Assembly (NCBI GenBank): GCA_003345545.1 | Contig: PRDH01000022.1 | Location: forward strand, 1-11,425 | From: Candidatus Thorarchaeota archaeon | GTDB taxonomy: Archaea; Asgardarchaeota; Thorarchaeia; Thorarchaeales; Thorarchaeaceae | Direction of reading: 5' to 3' | DNA length: 11,425 nt | In this document: positions 1 to 8,411 of the stretch, one piece after another | How the letters are laid out: each line of letters starts with the position of its first letter | How positions within the stretch are numbered: the stretch's first letter is position 1 | Made by a program: the position numbers and the translations under genes | The notes under the pieces: generated by a model | What the model was told of the DNA's origin: nothing | Databases searched by the model: none | The model's input: only the letters and a program-made list of their open reading frames with translations

Positions 1-1
1 T

Positions 2-169
2 AATGCAAGACAGACCTGCCCTCATTTCCCAGGAGCAAAGCGCATGGAACACTGGTCACTTGAAGACCCTGCAGCGTTCCAAGGGACATATGAGGAGACT
101 CTTCTCAAATTCAGAGAAACCCTCGTTGAGATTGAGAGAATGATTCGGGCAAACATACTGAGGTCCTAA
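2..169 (+). CDS. arsC: C-terminal part of a thioredoxin-type arsenate reductase / LMW-PTP family protein (5'-truncated by the window edge)
   Basis: Not in the ORF track. The frame from nt 2 reads NARQTCPHFPGAKRMEHWSLEDPAAFQGTYEETLLKFRETLVEIERMIRANILRS* (TAA 167-169). The CPxFPG...HWxLEDPA...FR pattern is typical of the ArsC/LMWPc C-terminus. Confidence 0.8.
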   Translation, partial: NARQTCPHFPGAKRMEHWSLEDPAAFQGTYEETLLKFRETLVEIERMIRANILRS

Positions 170-176
170 GAATGGT

Positions 177-2189
177 CTACTTGTCAATCCAGCCTTCGAA
201 CTTTCTCTGAAGCGTTGTACTATAGACCTTCTTCCAATCATAGTCCACTCGTTGTGACCAGTTGTACACAATCTTTGGATGGACGTACGACTTCAGTGAA
301 GTCCCGAGGTTCCAAGTCCTAGTGTCCCTTGCAAGCTCATAATCAATCTCAATCTTCCTCTTGGCAAGTTCAGCCTTCCCCACTCGCTCCTTTTCGATTT
401 CAACTCCCTTCTCAGCGGCAGCAATGCGCTTTGCCGAGGACTCTCTCCACTCTGCCAGTGACTGTTGTTGCCCCTCAAGTGACGTCTTGCTCTTCTGGTA
501 TCGCTCTCTGGCATTTACAAGATTGGACTCTGCAGCCTGTAGTCGCATCCTAGTCCGATCGATGCGTTCCTGTGCATCTTCAAGACGTTCTTTCTTGGTG
601 GTCTTGCCCTTTCGCCTACTTGTTCGGGTGCGACTCTTCTGGTCACGAGCATGGTCCCATGTCAGTTTTGCCTTATCGCGTTTCTCGCGCCAGGTATCCA
701 TGGAGGCCTTATTCTTCTCAACGACTGCCTTCTTCCTCGTATTCAGGTCTTGCTTCTTCGCTCGCGCATCCGCCTCGTTCTTCTTGATCCTTCGTAGACG
801 ACTCTTCTTCTCAGTTAGCCTGATCATTGCCTTCTGAACTTTCGCCTCTGCCTTTTTTATACGGTCAAGGTACCTAGAAGCACTCTTGTTCCACTCCTGC
901 GGAGCCTGTTTGGTATGGTTCATCACACGAGCGACCTCGAGGTTTGCACGTCTGAATGCCTCCTTCTTGATGAACTCGGGGTCAGTCTTCTTTGCCTTGC
1001 TCATCTTGAGTTCTTCGCGCATAATTGTCGAGGCATGGTATGTTCTGAAGACTTTGGCAGTGAGTTCTGGATATACTTCGCTCAAGAATCGATTCACATG
1101 TGTGCTGTCAATGGTTGGAAAGATCTTGGCAATCCTCTTGGGGTCTCCACCGGTCTTCTCCCCCCTTCGGCCCTCGAAGGATGCAATTCGCTCTAGGGCA
1201 CTGTCATGCAGTTCCTTCAGAACATTATAGACATCGGGGTTGGGAGTCATCTCCTTGTGCCAGGGAACGCTGTCCTTCCCAAGAAAGTCGAAGACAATAG
1301 AGTCCTTCTTGAAGATTAGATGTTCAGCGCGAAGCGTGGTGGCACCAACCGTGTCTGCCTCGTCGGGGTCCTTCTCATCGCCGACCCTCAGGCTAAGGTT
1401 GTCAATCAGGTAGCATGCAGCAGCCACCATTCGCCTCTTGGGATTGTCTGAACGCAGTCCCTCCATAATATGGTTGCGAATCTCGTCAATCCTTCGTTCT
1501 ACCTGGAGTGCCTTGTCAAACTTCGCAGATTCTCGTTCCTGTTTGATGGGTGTACTATCATGCAACCAGATGTACTTCACCTTACCAGTGAGTTCATCGG
1601 TCCATTTGGCAACCCACATAGTGTCTGGAGCCCATATCAGTTCCTTCCACTCACCCTCTAGTGTCTTTGCCGCTTGCGGGTCGATGTTCAGAGTGATGTC
1701 CTTTCTAGAGGTGCCCTGCTTCCATCTTCCTCTCAGGGGATGCTTCCCCCGTCCCATGAATATTCCAGAGGGCTCTGTCTGGTAGTTGCCCAGCTCCATT
1801 CGCACCCCGTCCACGCTCGCATAGCCATACTTCTCCTTGAGGCTATCTCTGAGTGCCTTCTTCTCCTCTCTTTGTGCCCTCTTTTCCTCAGGGGGTATGT
1901 GTTCCTTTCTTGCTCGCTCTTCTTCCACGACGCGAATGATCTCGTAGAAGTCAATCTCAGTGACCTGTAGTGCTGGCTTCACTCCAAGAGCCTTGCTGAA
2001 GTCCTTCATGAAGTTCTGAGCAAATACTGGGTCCTCGACGTAGGGGGTGCCGAGCTTTCTGACCCAGGCAAGAGCCATCTCCTCCTGAAGTTGGGAGAGG
2101 ACCATCTCGTTTCCTCTCACTCTGATCTTGAGCCCGCGAACTGCGGGAGGATCGATGACGAGTATGCCATTGTGTACTAGCGATTCCAT
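177..2189 (-). CDS. top1: DNA topoisomerase IB (eukaryote-like, archaeal type), 670 aa
   Basis: Motifs GRGKHPLRG, LRVGDEKD (R268), ADTVGATTLRAEH, FDFLGKDS (K305), TAKVFRTYHAS (R382), NH (H425) and LGTSLKSY (Y635) give the full R-K-R-H-Y TopIB pentad. Confidence 0.96.
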   Translation of the reverse strand: MESLVHNGILVIDPPAVRGLKIRVRGNEMVLSQLQEEMALAWVRKLGTPYVEDPVFAQNFMKDFSKALGVKPALQVTEIDFYEIIRVVEEERARKEHIPPEEKRAQREEKKALRDSLKEKYGYASVDGVRMELGNYQTEPSGIFMGRGKHPLRGRWKQGTSRKDITLNIDPQAAKTLEGEWKELIWAPDTMWVAKWTDELTGKVKYIWLHDSTPIKQERESAKFDKALQVERRIDEIRNHIMEGLRSDNPKRRMVAAACYLIDNLSLRVGDEKDPDEADTVGATTLRAEHLIFKKDSIVFDFLGKDSVPWHKEMTPNPDVYNVLKELHDSALERIASFEGRRGEKTGGDPKRIAKIFPTIDSTHVNRFLSEVYPELTAKVFRTYHASTIMREELKMSKAKKTDPEFIKKEAFRRANLEVARVMNHTKQAPQEWNKSASRYLDRIKKAEAKVQKAMIRLTEKKSRLRRIKKNEADARAKKQDLNTRKKAVVEKNKASMDTWREKRDKAKLTWDHARDQKSRTRTSRRKGKTTKKERLEDAQERIDRTRMRLQAAESNLVNARERYQKSKTSLEGQQQSLAEWRESSAKRIAAAEKGVEIEKERVGKAELAKRKIEIDYELARDTRTWNLGTSLKSYVHPKIVYNWSQRVDYDWKKVYSTTLQRKFEGWIDK

Positions 2190-2287
2190 GAGGATGTCCC
2201 GTAGGTGAGGCGTCTTATCAGCGCTAACAAAAGGATTGTGCTGTTGAACTCAGCAATGGCTTTTCAGAAGAGAGCTATCAGCTGTGT

Positions 2288-2698
2288 TCAGTAGGATACG
2301 AGTTCAAGTCCAGGAACAGTCTTGAAATGCATATCGTGGGATACTAGTTTGTGACAGCCATTAGTGAGGGCGATTGCAGCAGTCAGACAGTCATTGACTC
2401 CAATAGGTTTGCCTGAGCCTTCAAGGTCAGTGTAGATTCTGCTTGCATGTTCTGCCGCTTCGATATCGAGATACCAGACCACAAGCTGAGCCAACAATCT
2501 GTACACCGCCTGTTCTTCCCTCTTCTGCCGTCCCCTCTTATCAACCCCCCTAAAGAGTTCAGAAGCAACTATCGTTGTTGTTGCGAAACGGTGACCCTGG
2601 CCTTTGAGTGTCAAGTACGTCGTTCGAGCGTCTTCCTGACCACGAAGAAAATCTATCAGAAATGATGTATCTAGACAAACAAAGGTCAATGTTTCCAT
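2288..2698 (-). CDS. vapC: VapC PIN-domain ribonuclease toxin
   Basis: PIN motifs LDTSFLID, ASEL, GVNDCLTAAIA and LVSHDMHF. It overlaps the vapB stop; the true start may be the TTG at 2689 (TTGA overlap). Confidence 0.93.
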   Translation of the reverse strand: METLTFVCLDTSFLIDFLRGQEDARTTYLTLKGQGHRFATTTIVASELFRGVDKRGRQKREEQAVYRLLAQLVVWYLDIEAAEHASRIYTDLEGSGKPIGVNDCLTAAIALTNGCHKLVSHDMHFKTVPGLELVSY

Positions 2699-2898
2699 GC
2701 CCCAGACATCTTATCGATATCCTTGAGCAGCTCCTCTTTTTCTTCATCGCTCATCGAGATAGTGCCAAAGAGGTCAAGGATATCATCGTCGGGCCCAAGC
2801 AGGCGTCTGATGACTTCACTGAAGGACTCATTGTCACGCTTAGCCTTTCTTAGTCTTCTATATACATCCTCATTGATCGAGATGTTCTTGTATCCCAT
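2686..2898 (-). CDS. vapB: Archaeal VapB antitoxin (DUF217-like), 70 aa
   Basis: N-terminus KNISINEDVYRRLRKAKRDNESFSEVIRRLL is typical of archaeal VapB, with an acidic C-terminus. It lies directly upstream of and overlaps vapC. Confidence 0.9.
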   Translation of the reverse strand: MGYKNISINEDVYRRLRKAKRDNESFSEVIRRLLGPDDDILDLFGTISMSDEEKEELLKDIDKMSGAWKH

Positions 2899-2908
2899 CT
2901 ATCCCATC

Positions 2909-2938
2909 TGTGTATCCATACACAATTACACGTATAAA
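2909..2938 (-). promoter_or_regulatory. vapBC promoter: TATA box and palindromic operator
   Basis: Minus-strand TTTATA at 2933-2938. A perfect 7-bp-arm inverted repeat TGTGTAT-CC-ATACACA at 2909-2924 lies between the TATA box and the start codon. Confidence 0.7.
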
Positions 2939-2993
2939 CACGTCTTTGAGTGTCTTCTGTCAGGATGATTCATGAAACTCCTTCCTTCTAGCA

Positions 2994-3077
2994 CGAACGT
3001 GTGGGTTAACTAACAATATAACAGTCTAGAAGGATTGGTGCGGCCACCGGGACTCGAACCCGGGTCGCGAGCTTGGG
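2994..3077. repeat. Imperfect direct repeat of 10204-10287 (tRNA-Gly 3' half plus about 40 nt of trailer)
   Basis: Ungapped alignment at offset 7210. The non-tRNA part 3004-3035 matches 10214-10245 at 27/32 positions by manual count. Confidence 0.85.
3036..3077 (-). pseudogene. 3' half of tRNA-Gly(CCC), an att-like tRNA fragment
   Basis: Minus strand reads CCC-AA-GCTCG-CGAC-CCGGG-TTCGAGT-CCCGG-TGGCCGC-A-CCA, i.e. anticodon, 3' anticodon stem, T arm, acceptor and CCA. There is no 5' half; similarity stops in the anticodon loop, 3 nt from the stop codon of the 1701-aa ORF. Confidence 0.85.
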
Positions 3078-3080
3078 CTG

Positions 3081-6000
3081 CTAGTAATAGTCAACCTTCA
3101 CCCCCTCTCTCTCAAGCGCTTCTTCAATCCCCTTTAGTATCTCATCTCGTGTGTCACCGGATATTCTGCGACCTTTCAGGTTAATCTTGACCTCCTGCTC
3201 AATGTAGTCATACGATATTGGTCCAGTTTTCGCAATCTCAGAGGATACCGAAAAGACTGTCAATTCCTCAAAATCATCCTCGTCATCGGTATTGCACAAA
3301 TGAACGATAACGCTCAACATTCTTCTGCGCACAGACTCTTCAACATCGGCTCTGACAAATCGTAGTTCAGGGCCTTCTTCTAGATCATCATCTTCAACCT
3401 CCCGATCCAGATGTGTTTCATCAGGCTCTGTCGACTCCAAATCATCAATATGGCCAATAATGGCATTCTCAAGTTTCGAATAGTCTGAGAGAAGATTCAC
3501 GAGCCCAAGACTCACAAGAGCCTTTGCATCAATCGCAAGAGTGTATCTTGAGTGTGTATCAACGTCCACAAGCTGACCACATTCTGCTAATAATGCAACA
3601 TCGAAGAAACCCATCTCCTCACTCTCAAGTCCGGAAACGCGTCCATTCTCTTTCAGTCCATCTAGGTGTACCTTCATGTATTTCTTGAAACCACGATCCT
3701 TCTTTTGCTTGTCCAGATCGATTCGTAGGATGATATCGCCTCTCTCACTAGTGCCCAAGAGCTCCTCACATGTTGAGGGTAACACAAGACTGTCGGAAAA
3801 GAACGTAGACCGATGAATAAAGGGTTTGAACATAGAGAGATGATAATACTCGCGTTTTCCTTCCTTGTTCTTGACCATCACTTCGTCGTACTCGACATCC
3901 TTCAGGGAGTCCCACTTGAGATATGTTCCATCCCTAGTTGCGAAATACTCCCCAGTTCTCTGGGGATACCTGAGAAAACGGATGACCTCATCAGTGTAGG
4001 GAGTTTCCTTTTTAGCAATGGTCTTTGACCCTTCAAGCAGGTTGATTCGGTAGACCTTCTTCTCCAGGTTGATGGTAAGAAGACATGAAACCTCTCTGAT
4101 GACTCCGGACCATGCAACGGCCTTCCTCAGTGCTGCGTCGCACTGTGCACGGACATGCGAGGACGGAGATATCGGCCTGTACCCGTGAAGTGCAAGGAGA
4201 GTTTCAGGCAAAGGCTCTGACAACCGAATCCATCGCACTGGCATGTTCTTCTCCTTTGGAGGGTGTCCGTACTCGAATGCTCCGGCAAACGCCCACTTCT
4301 TGCCATCTTCTCCATCGCTCTTGATGTAGAGCACCTGTTGTCGATTCACTTCTACTATAACAATGGGCAGTTCTTCCCAACCCTTTCTTGATAGCGCCGC
4401 TATTGCCTCGGTCTTGGCCTGTTGCGGGTCAATCACACAGCGGTACCACCCAAAGGGAAGATATGCACTCATCTGACCCTCCATCAGTCCTCCGTAGATA
4501 GTGCTCTTCGAGGAGGGAAACAACAACCAGATGTTTCCTCCCTCACTTCCCTCTTGCCATAGCAGTTGTCCAAACCGTTCCGGAAATCTCGTCCTGTCTT
4601 GTGACGCCTTCTTCATCTGTTTCGCTCTCCACAGAAGATTCGAATGTATCGCTCGAAAGTCGTATCGATATTCAAAGTCACCATCGTCCTCGGGTCGATA
4701 GCCCATCTGGTAGAGTTGCCATCTAGCAACAGCAGACCAGAGATCGATGCAAAATGGCGACTCTACATCTTTGAAAACTCTATCTGCCACTGAGAGCACT
4801 GCAAGAAAGAGGTTCATCCCGTAGAGCTCTAGAAGCTCGATATTGTGCCTTTGGGCCAGTCTGAGAGAACTCTGATTGTCTGAATTCAATAGATCTCCAA
4901 GGCTCGACCGGGCATGTGATAAGAGCGCCCAGAGGACCCTAGGTTCGGTCCTTCGTACCAATGCATCTTTCACTTGAGTCAGAATGTAGAGTAGAGTCGC
5001 ATCATCGCTGGATTGGCGGCCATCCCATTCGCAGAGGTGGATAATCTCTTGATACAATGAGAAGAATGCTCCATGTAATGAAGTCCTGTCCCTCAGAAAT
5101 GTTGCAGCATATTGGAGCCTTTGAATCTCCCTTCTCCGGATATCAGTCGTATCGAGAAGGGAGGATTCTGCCAAGTAGTTAAGGGGAGGTATACGAGTAA
5201 TGGTGATTGGCTGTTCATCCAGTTCATCATACTCCTTGTGAATCCATCTCCTCGAAATCTGATTCACTTCAACATGAATCCCTTGATGATGTTTTCCGAA
5301 TCTATTTGGATGAGGAGGCGGCTGCATCAGGTCAAGATGCAGCCTACTGGTCAGACCTGACTGGGTTCGATTACCATCTACAGAATGGTAGGCTACTGGC
5401 CGTACTTCGAATTCAGGCTTCTTAGTCTCTTCCGCCTGCCCTTGTCTTGGCCTGAATAGGCTTGGAATCAGACTGAATGCTCTTTCCTTAAGAACGTCCA
5501 GAGTTTCTCTGCATACCATGTCATATCGAACCTGAATTGAGGCACCATGAAACGACCTTCCGTACATGTCCTGCTGTTGGTTCAGGACTCCAACGTACTC
5601 ATTTGCTTCATCAGAGGGACTCCGTTTTGCCGCAGCACTGAACTTGCGAGTCCAGCCTCTCAGGGGTGGAACCCGAATCACAGCCGTCCATGGTGGATTA
5701 TCTATGGGGAGATCCTGAATGATGACCCGATTCTCATCATACTGGGGAGACAACCATCCCATCTCCCGTGGAGCCGTGGGAAGATTCCAGATTATCTCGT
5801 CCACAAGTTGTCTTCGGGGCGAGTCATGGCGCAGGGAACTCACACAAGGTCGACCGTAGGTTTCGTTCAGCTCTGGATGATTCACACCACTATCAACCCA
5901 AATCACTTCAGAAGCCAGTTCCTTCAAGACCTGAAGCAGTGATAGTTCAAGTACCCGCAGACTGTTTCTACGATGTGCCGGCACCATACTCTCAAGGTCA

Positions 6001-8186
6001 GACCAGCCATCTACAACGATAAGGCGTTCTCCGGATTCTTTGAGGAGTACAGATCTGATTCTAGCATGGAAGTCTTTCAGCCCTGAAGAGCTACCGGCAA
6101 GAATCAGGTCATCTATTTCTTTTCGAAGATTGACAAAACGCACACGCTTGAGAAAGCCACTTAGTCGGACAAACTCGGACTGATTGATTGGCCCTCTCCT
6201 CCTGAGAGCATCAAGTCCAAATCTCATGTTGGCCATCTTCTCAGTAGAATAGTCACTAAGAAGGTCTATCCAGAGGAGAAACGGACTAGATGCTGCAGTA
6301 TCTGCCAACTCAGCGAGATGATTCAATAGATGCCAATTCTTGGCAAGCCACGCGGCACTCTTGCCTGATGATGTTGGAGAGGGAACAGAAATGTACTGAG
6401 TGAAGAAGAGGTCGTCCTCTACTCGTTCAGTGAAGGGATTTTCATCTTGCACTGTCTTGGCCGGGACGATGCTTCTCAGAAGATGCACAGGACCCTGAGC
6501 AGGCGTCATTGTGATGGCGATGCGCGGCAACGGTTCATCAGGACCTGTGCTCTCAAACTTGAGTGTCTTCCATTGGCCCCAGAGCTCTCCCTTGAGCAGC
6601 TTCGTGGCCAGTTGGTCAATAAGCTGGTCAAAGGCTCTCTTCGTTATCTCATAGTCCTGTGATATGTCAAGAGTCACAACTCCCTTCCAGACGTGCTTTG
6701 ACGCGAGTGGATCGTTGACAAGGGCATTGAATTCAGTGAGTATCATTCGCTCGTATTCATCTAGCTGATCAAGATGGGACTTTGGAGGCTTGGAGCCTAG
6801 ATCTGCTTGCCATTCGGATTCAGTGAGCGGCACTTTCCAGGATTCAAGTACCGGAACATAGACATTCCTCTTCCTTGTCCGAGGTCGCATGCCATAGATA
6901 TTGAAGCTGAATCCTTCTTTGGTCTTTACTTCAAGAATCATAACAGGGATCCAGATGTATTGCCCTGCACCTCTCAATATTCGAACAAAGAGTACTAGGT
7001 CGATTCTTCCAGCGGCATGATTTCCAACAACAGGGACCTCAGCAAGATATTGCATTCCAGCAGGAGTCTGTAGAAACTGGTCACCTGCAAAGACAGCCTC
7101 TCTCAGAGATCGTGGGTGACAGAATCCTGAGAGTAGTACCCTATGCCAGTCATTCCCCTCTCTCTGTGCCTTCCTTGTGACCTCTTCGAGGAATTTCGAA
7201 ACCTCTTCATCCCTGATGATTCCCTTTTTGATATGGCCTAGGACGACCTCACCCTTCTCTCTGATGTGTTCCTCCTCTGTGGATTTTATGATCATTTTGA
7301 CCCTCTCTTTGAGAGAGTCAACATCAGAATCCACAGGAGGTGATTCTATCTGCCTGCTGATGCCCTCACTTGTCCCACTCCTATTGCTGAAGTGAGTCCG
7401 GATCTCAAGCACAATCTTACGAAGCTCTCTGTCTGCGTCGGGAGAGAAGTTCTTCCAACCACTCTTTCCTCGGGTGTAGATCCAATCGAGGAACGGGATA
7501 AGGCGATGGATTAGTAACCTGATAAATCTGTGTGACTCGCGACGAGGAACAGCATGAATAAAGCATTGTCGACAGAGTTCTATGAGGTGAGCACGAATCA
7601 TGTCAGCAAAGTCAAGGGCGGGAAGAGTGGGATGTGCAAGGAGAACTCGAGGCTTCTTTGAGTTCCCACGGTACCCTGCCTTCTGATGGGTCTTCGCACC
7701 TCTCTCTGGTGGTATCGTTTCTGCTATACTCTTGGGTAAGATCTCTACTCGACCATCTCTGTATCTTCTGACCTGGTATACATCTGGGTCCGGAAAATAG
7801 TACCGAGGAACCAATACATCTCTTAGCAGAGAGCCCATATAGTTGAGCAGTTCATTGAGTGGCCCAATCGTACCTTCCCTCCAGCTGTATACCCGTTTGA
7901 ATTCCTTGTTGCCATATCGTGCTGTGCTGTGCCAGAGCATCTGAAGGTACAGTCTTCTCAGAATGGACTCTCTACTCTGGATGGAAGAGAAGTCATGCGA
8001 GCCTTGTTCTCTGGAAGATTTCCATTCGGTACGTGCATGCTCCCAATTGCGCTTAATCTGTTCATAGAAGTCGTGCGTCAAATCATTCTTTCTTTTGTAG
8101 GATAGTCTGACCAAGGCAGATAGTCCTGAGTAGATTGCATCTGCTAGAACCTCGTTCGATCGGAATTCCTGGACTATCCGCCCCAA
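3081..8186 (-). CDS. Giant hypothetical protein (1701 aa) with a RecB/Cas4-like PD-(D/E)xK nuclease domain and a P-loop NTPase-like domain
   Basis: Uninterrupted 5.1-kb ORF with a TTG start preceded by GAGGAG. Nuclease motifs: GxxxH (344-348), E383, GRID (D396), ILEVKT (E419/K421), QLxxY (474-478). NTPase motifs: Walker-A-like SPTSSGKS (603-610), Walker-B-like LIVVDG (D726). Confidence 0.8.
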   Translation of the reverse strand: MGRIVQEFRSNEVLADAIYSGLSALVRLSYKRKNDLTHDFYEQIKRNWEHARTEWKSSREQGSHDFSSIQSRESILRRLYLQMLWHSTARYGNKEFKRVYSWREGTIGPLNELLNYMGSLLRDVLVPRYYFPDPDVYQVRRYRDGRVEILPKSIAETIPPERGAKTHQKAGYRGNSKKPRVLLAHPTLPALDFADMIRAHLIELCRQCFIHAVPRRESHRFIRLLIHRLIPFLDWIYTRGKSGWKNFSPDADRELRKIVLEIRTHFSNRSGTSEGISRQIESPPVDSDVDSLKERVKMIIKSTEEEHIREKGEVVLGHIKKGIIRDEEVSKFLEEVTRKAQREGNDWHRVLLSGFCHPRSLREAVFAGDQFLQTPAGMQYLAEVPVVGNHAAGRIDLVLFVRILRGAGQYIWIPVMILEVKTKEGFSFNIYGMRPRTRKRNVYVPVLESWKVPLTESEWQADLGSKPPKSHLDQLDEYERMILTEFNALVNDPLASKHVWKGVVTLDISQDYEITKRAFDQLIDQLATKLLKGELWGQWKTLKFESTGPDEPLPRIAITMTPAQGPVHLLRSIVPAKTVQDENPFTERVEDDLFFTQYISVPSPTSSGKSAAWLAKNWHLLNHLAELADTAASSPFLLWIDLLSDYSTEKMANMRFGLDALRRRGPINQSEFVRLSGFLKRVRFVNLRKEIDDLILAGSSSGLKDFHARIRSVLLKESGERLIVVDGWSDLESMVPAHRRNSLRVLELSLLQVLKELASEVIWVDSGVNHPELNETYGRPCVSSLRHDSPRRQLVDEIIWNLPTAPREMGWLSPQYDENRVIIQDLPIDNPPWTAVIRVPPLRGWTRKFSAAAKRSPSDEANEYVGVLNQQQDMYGRSFHGASIQVRYDMVCRETLDVLKERAFSLIPSLFRPRQGQAEETKKPEFEVRPVAYHSVDGNRTQSGLTSRLHLDLMQPPPHPNRFGKHHQGIHVEVNQISRRWIHKEYDELDEQPITITRIPPLNYLAESSLLDTTDIRRREIQRLQYAATFLRDRTSLHGAFFSLYQEIIHLCEWDGRQSSDDATLLYILTQVKDALVRRTEPRVLWALLSHARSSLGDLLNSDNQSSLRLAQRHNIELLELYGMNLFLAVLSVADRVFKDVESPFCIDLWSAVARWQLYQMGYRPEDDGDFEYRYDFRAIHSNLLWRAKQMKKASQDRTRFPERFGQLLWQEGSEGGNIWLLFPSSKSTIYGGLMEGQMSAYLPFGWYRCVIDPQQAKTEAIAALSRKGWEELPIVIVEVNRQQVLYIKSDGEDGKKWAFAGAFEYGHPPKEKNMPVRWIRLSEPLPETLLALHGYRPISPSSHVRAQCDAALRKAVAWSGVIREVSCLLTINLEKKVYRINLLEGSKTIAKKETPYTDEVIRFLRYPQRTGEYFATRDGTYLKWDSLKDVEYDEVMVKNKEGKREYYHLSMFKPFIHRSTFFSDSLVLPSTCEELLGTSERGDIILRIDLDKQKKDRGFKKYMKVHLDGLKENGRVSGLESEEMGFFDVALLAECGQLVDVDTHSRYTLAIDAKALVSLGLVNLLSDYSKLENAIIGHIDDLESTEPDETHLDREVEDDDLEEGPELRFVRADVEESVRRRMLSVIVHLCNTDDEDDFEELTVFSVSSEIAKTGPISYDYIEQEVKINLKGRRISGDTRDEILKGIEEALEREGVKVDYY

Positions 8187-8191
8187 ACAGA

Positions 8192-8225
8192 CTCCTCGGA
8201 TTCAATCCTGTAATTTTGTTTATAA
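8192..8225 (-). promoter_or_regulatory. Putative TATA box and Shine-Dalgarno site for the 1701-aa gene
   Basis: Minus-strand CTTATAAA at 8218-8225 and GAGGAG at 8192-8197. An in-frame stop at 8202-8204 limits how far upstream the start can be. Confidence 0.55.
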
Positions 8226-8330
8226 GGCATTCTGTCTTATTACGAATTTTCCTTTTGTTGAATAAAGCATTCATAAGCCTTTGTTTCATAATTAAAGCAA
8301 TAATAGAATTTTTGTTTAATAAGTTTAAAT
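8211..8330. repeat. AT-rich tract with four degenerate TTTGTT...ATAA(R)GCA repeats
   Basis: 26 G+C in 120 nt (about 22% GC) by manual count. Units start at about 8214, 8253, 8280 and 8310. Confidence 0.55.
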
Positions 8331-8411
8331 CCACCAACGAAGATAGTAGTACGAGTTCAAAAGACTGCCTCCAGACAAAAAGGGGAGTGAACTCACCTGA
8401 CCAAGACAGGT

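Noticed and set aside
56-1970. Many short alternative-frame and antisense ORFs inside top1 (likewise inside the 1701-aa gene, tnpB and vapBC)
   Set aside because: They are shadow ORFs overlapping well-supported genes and have no recognisable motifs.
3036-3077. Split (trans-spliced) or intron-containing tRNA half
   Set aside because: No matching 5' half, complementary leader or bulge-helix-bulge is visible, and the fragment abuts a stop codon with no promoter space. It cannot be fully excluded without the rest of the genome.
2288-3077. tRNA fragment acting as a decoy or substrate for the neighbouring VapC
   Set aside because: Proximity is the only support, and TA modules are common at island borders.
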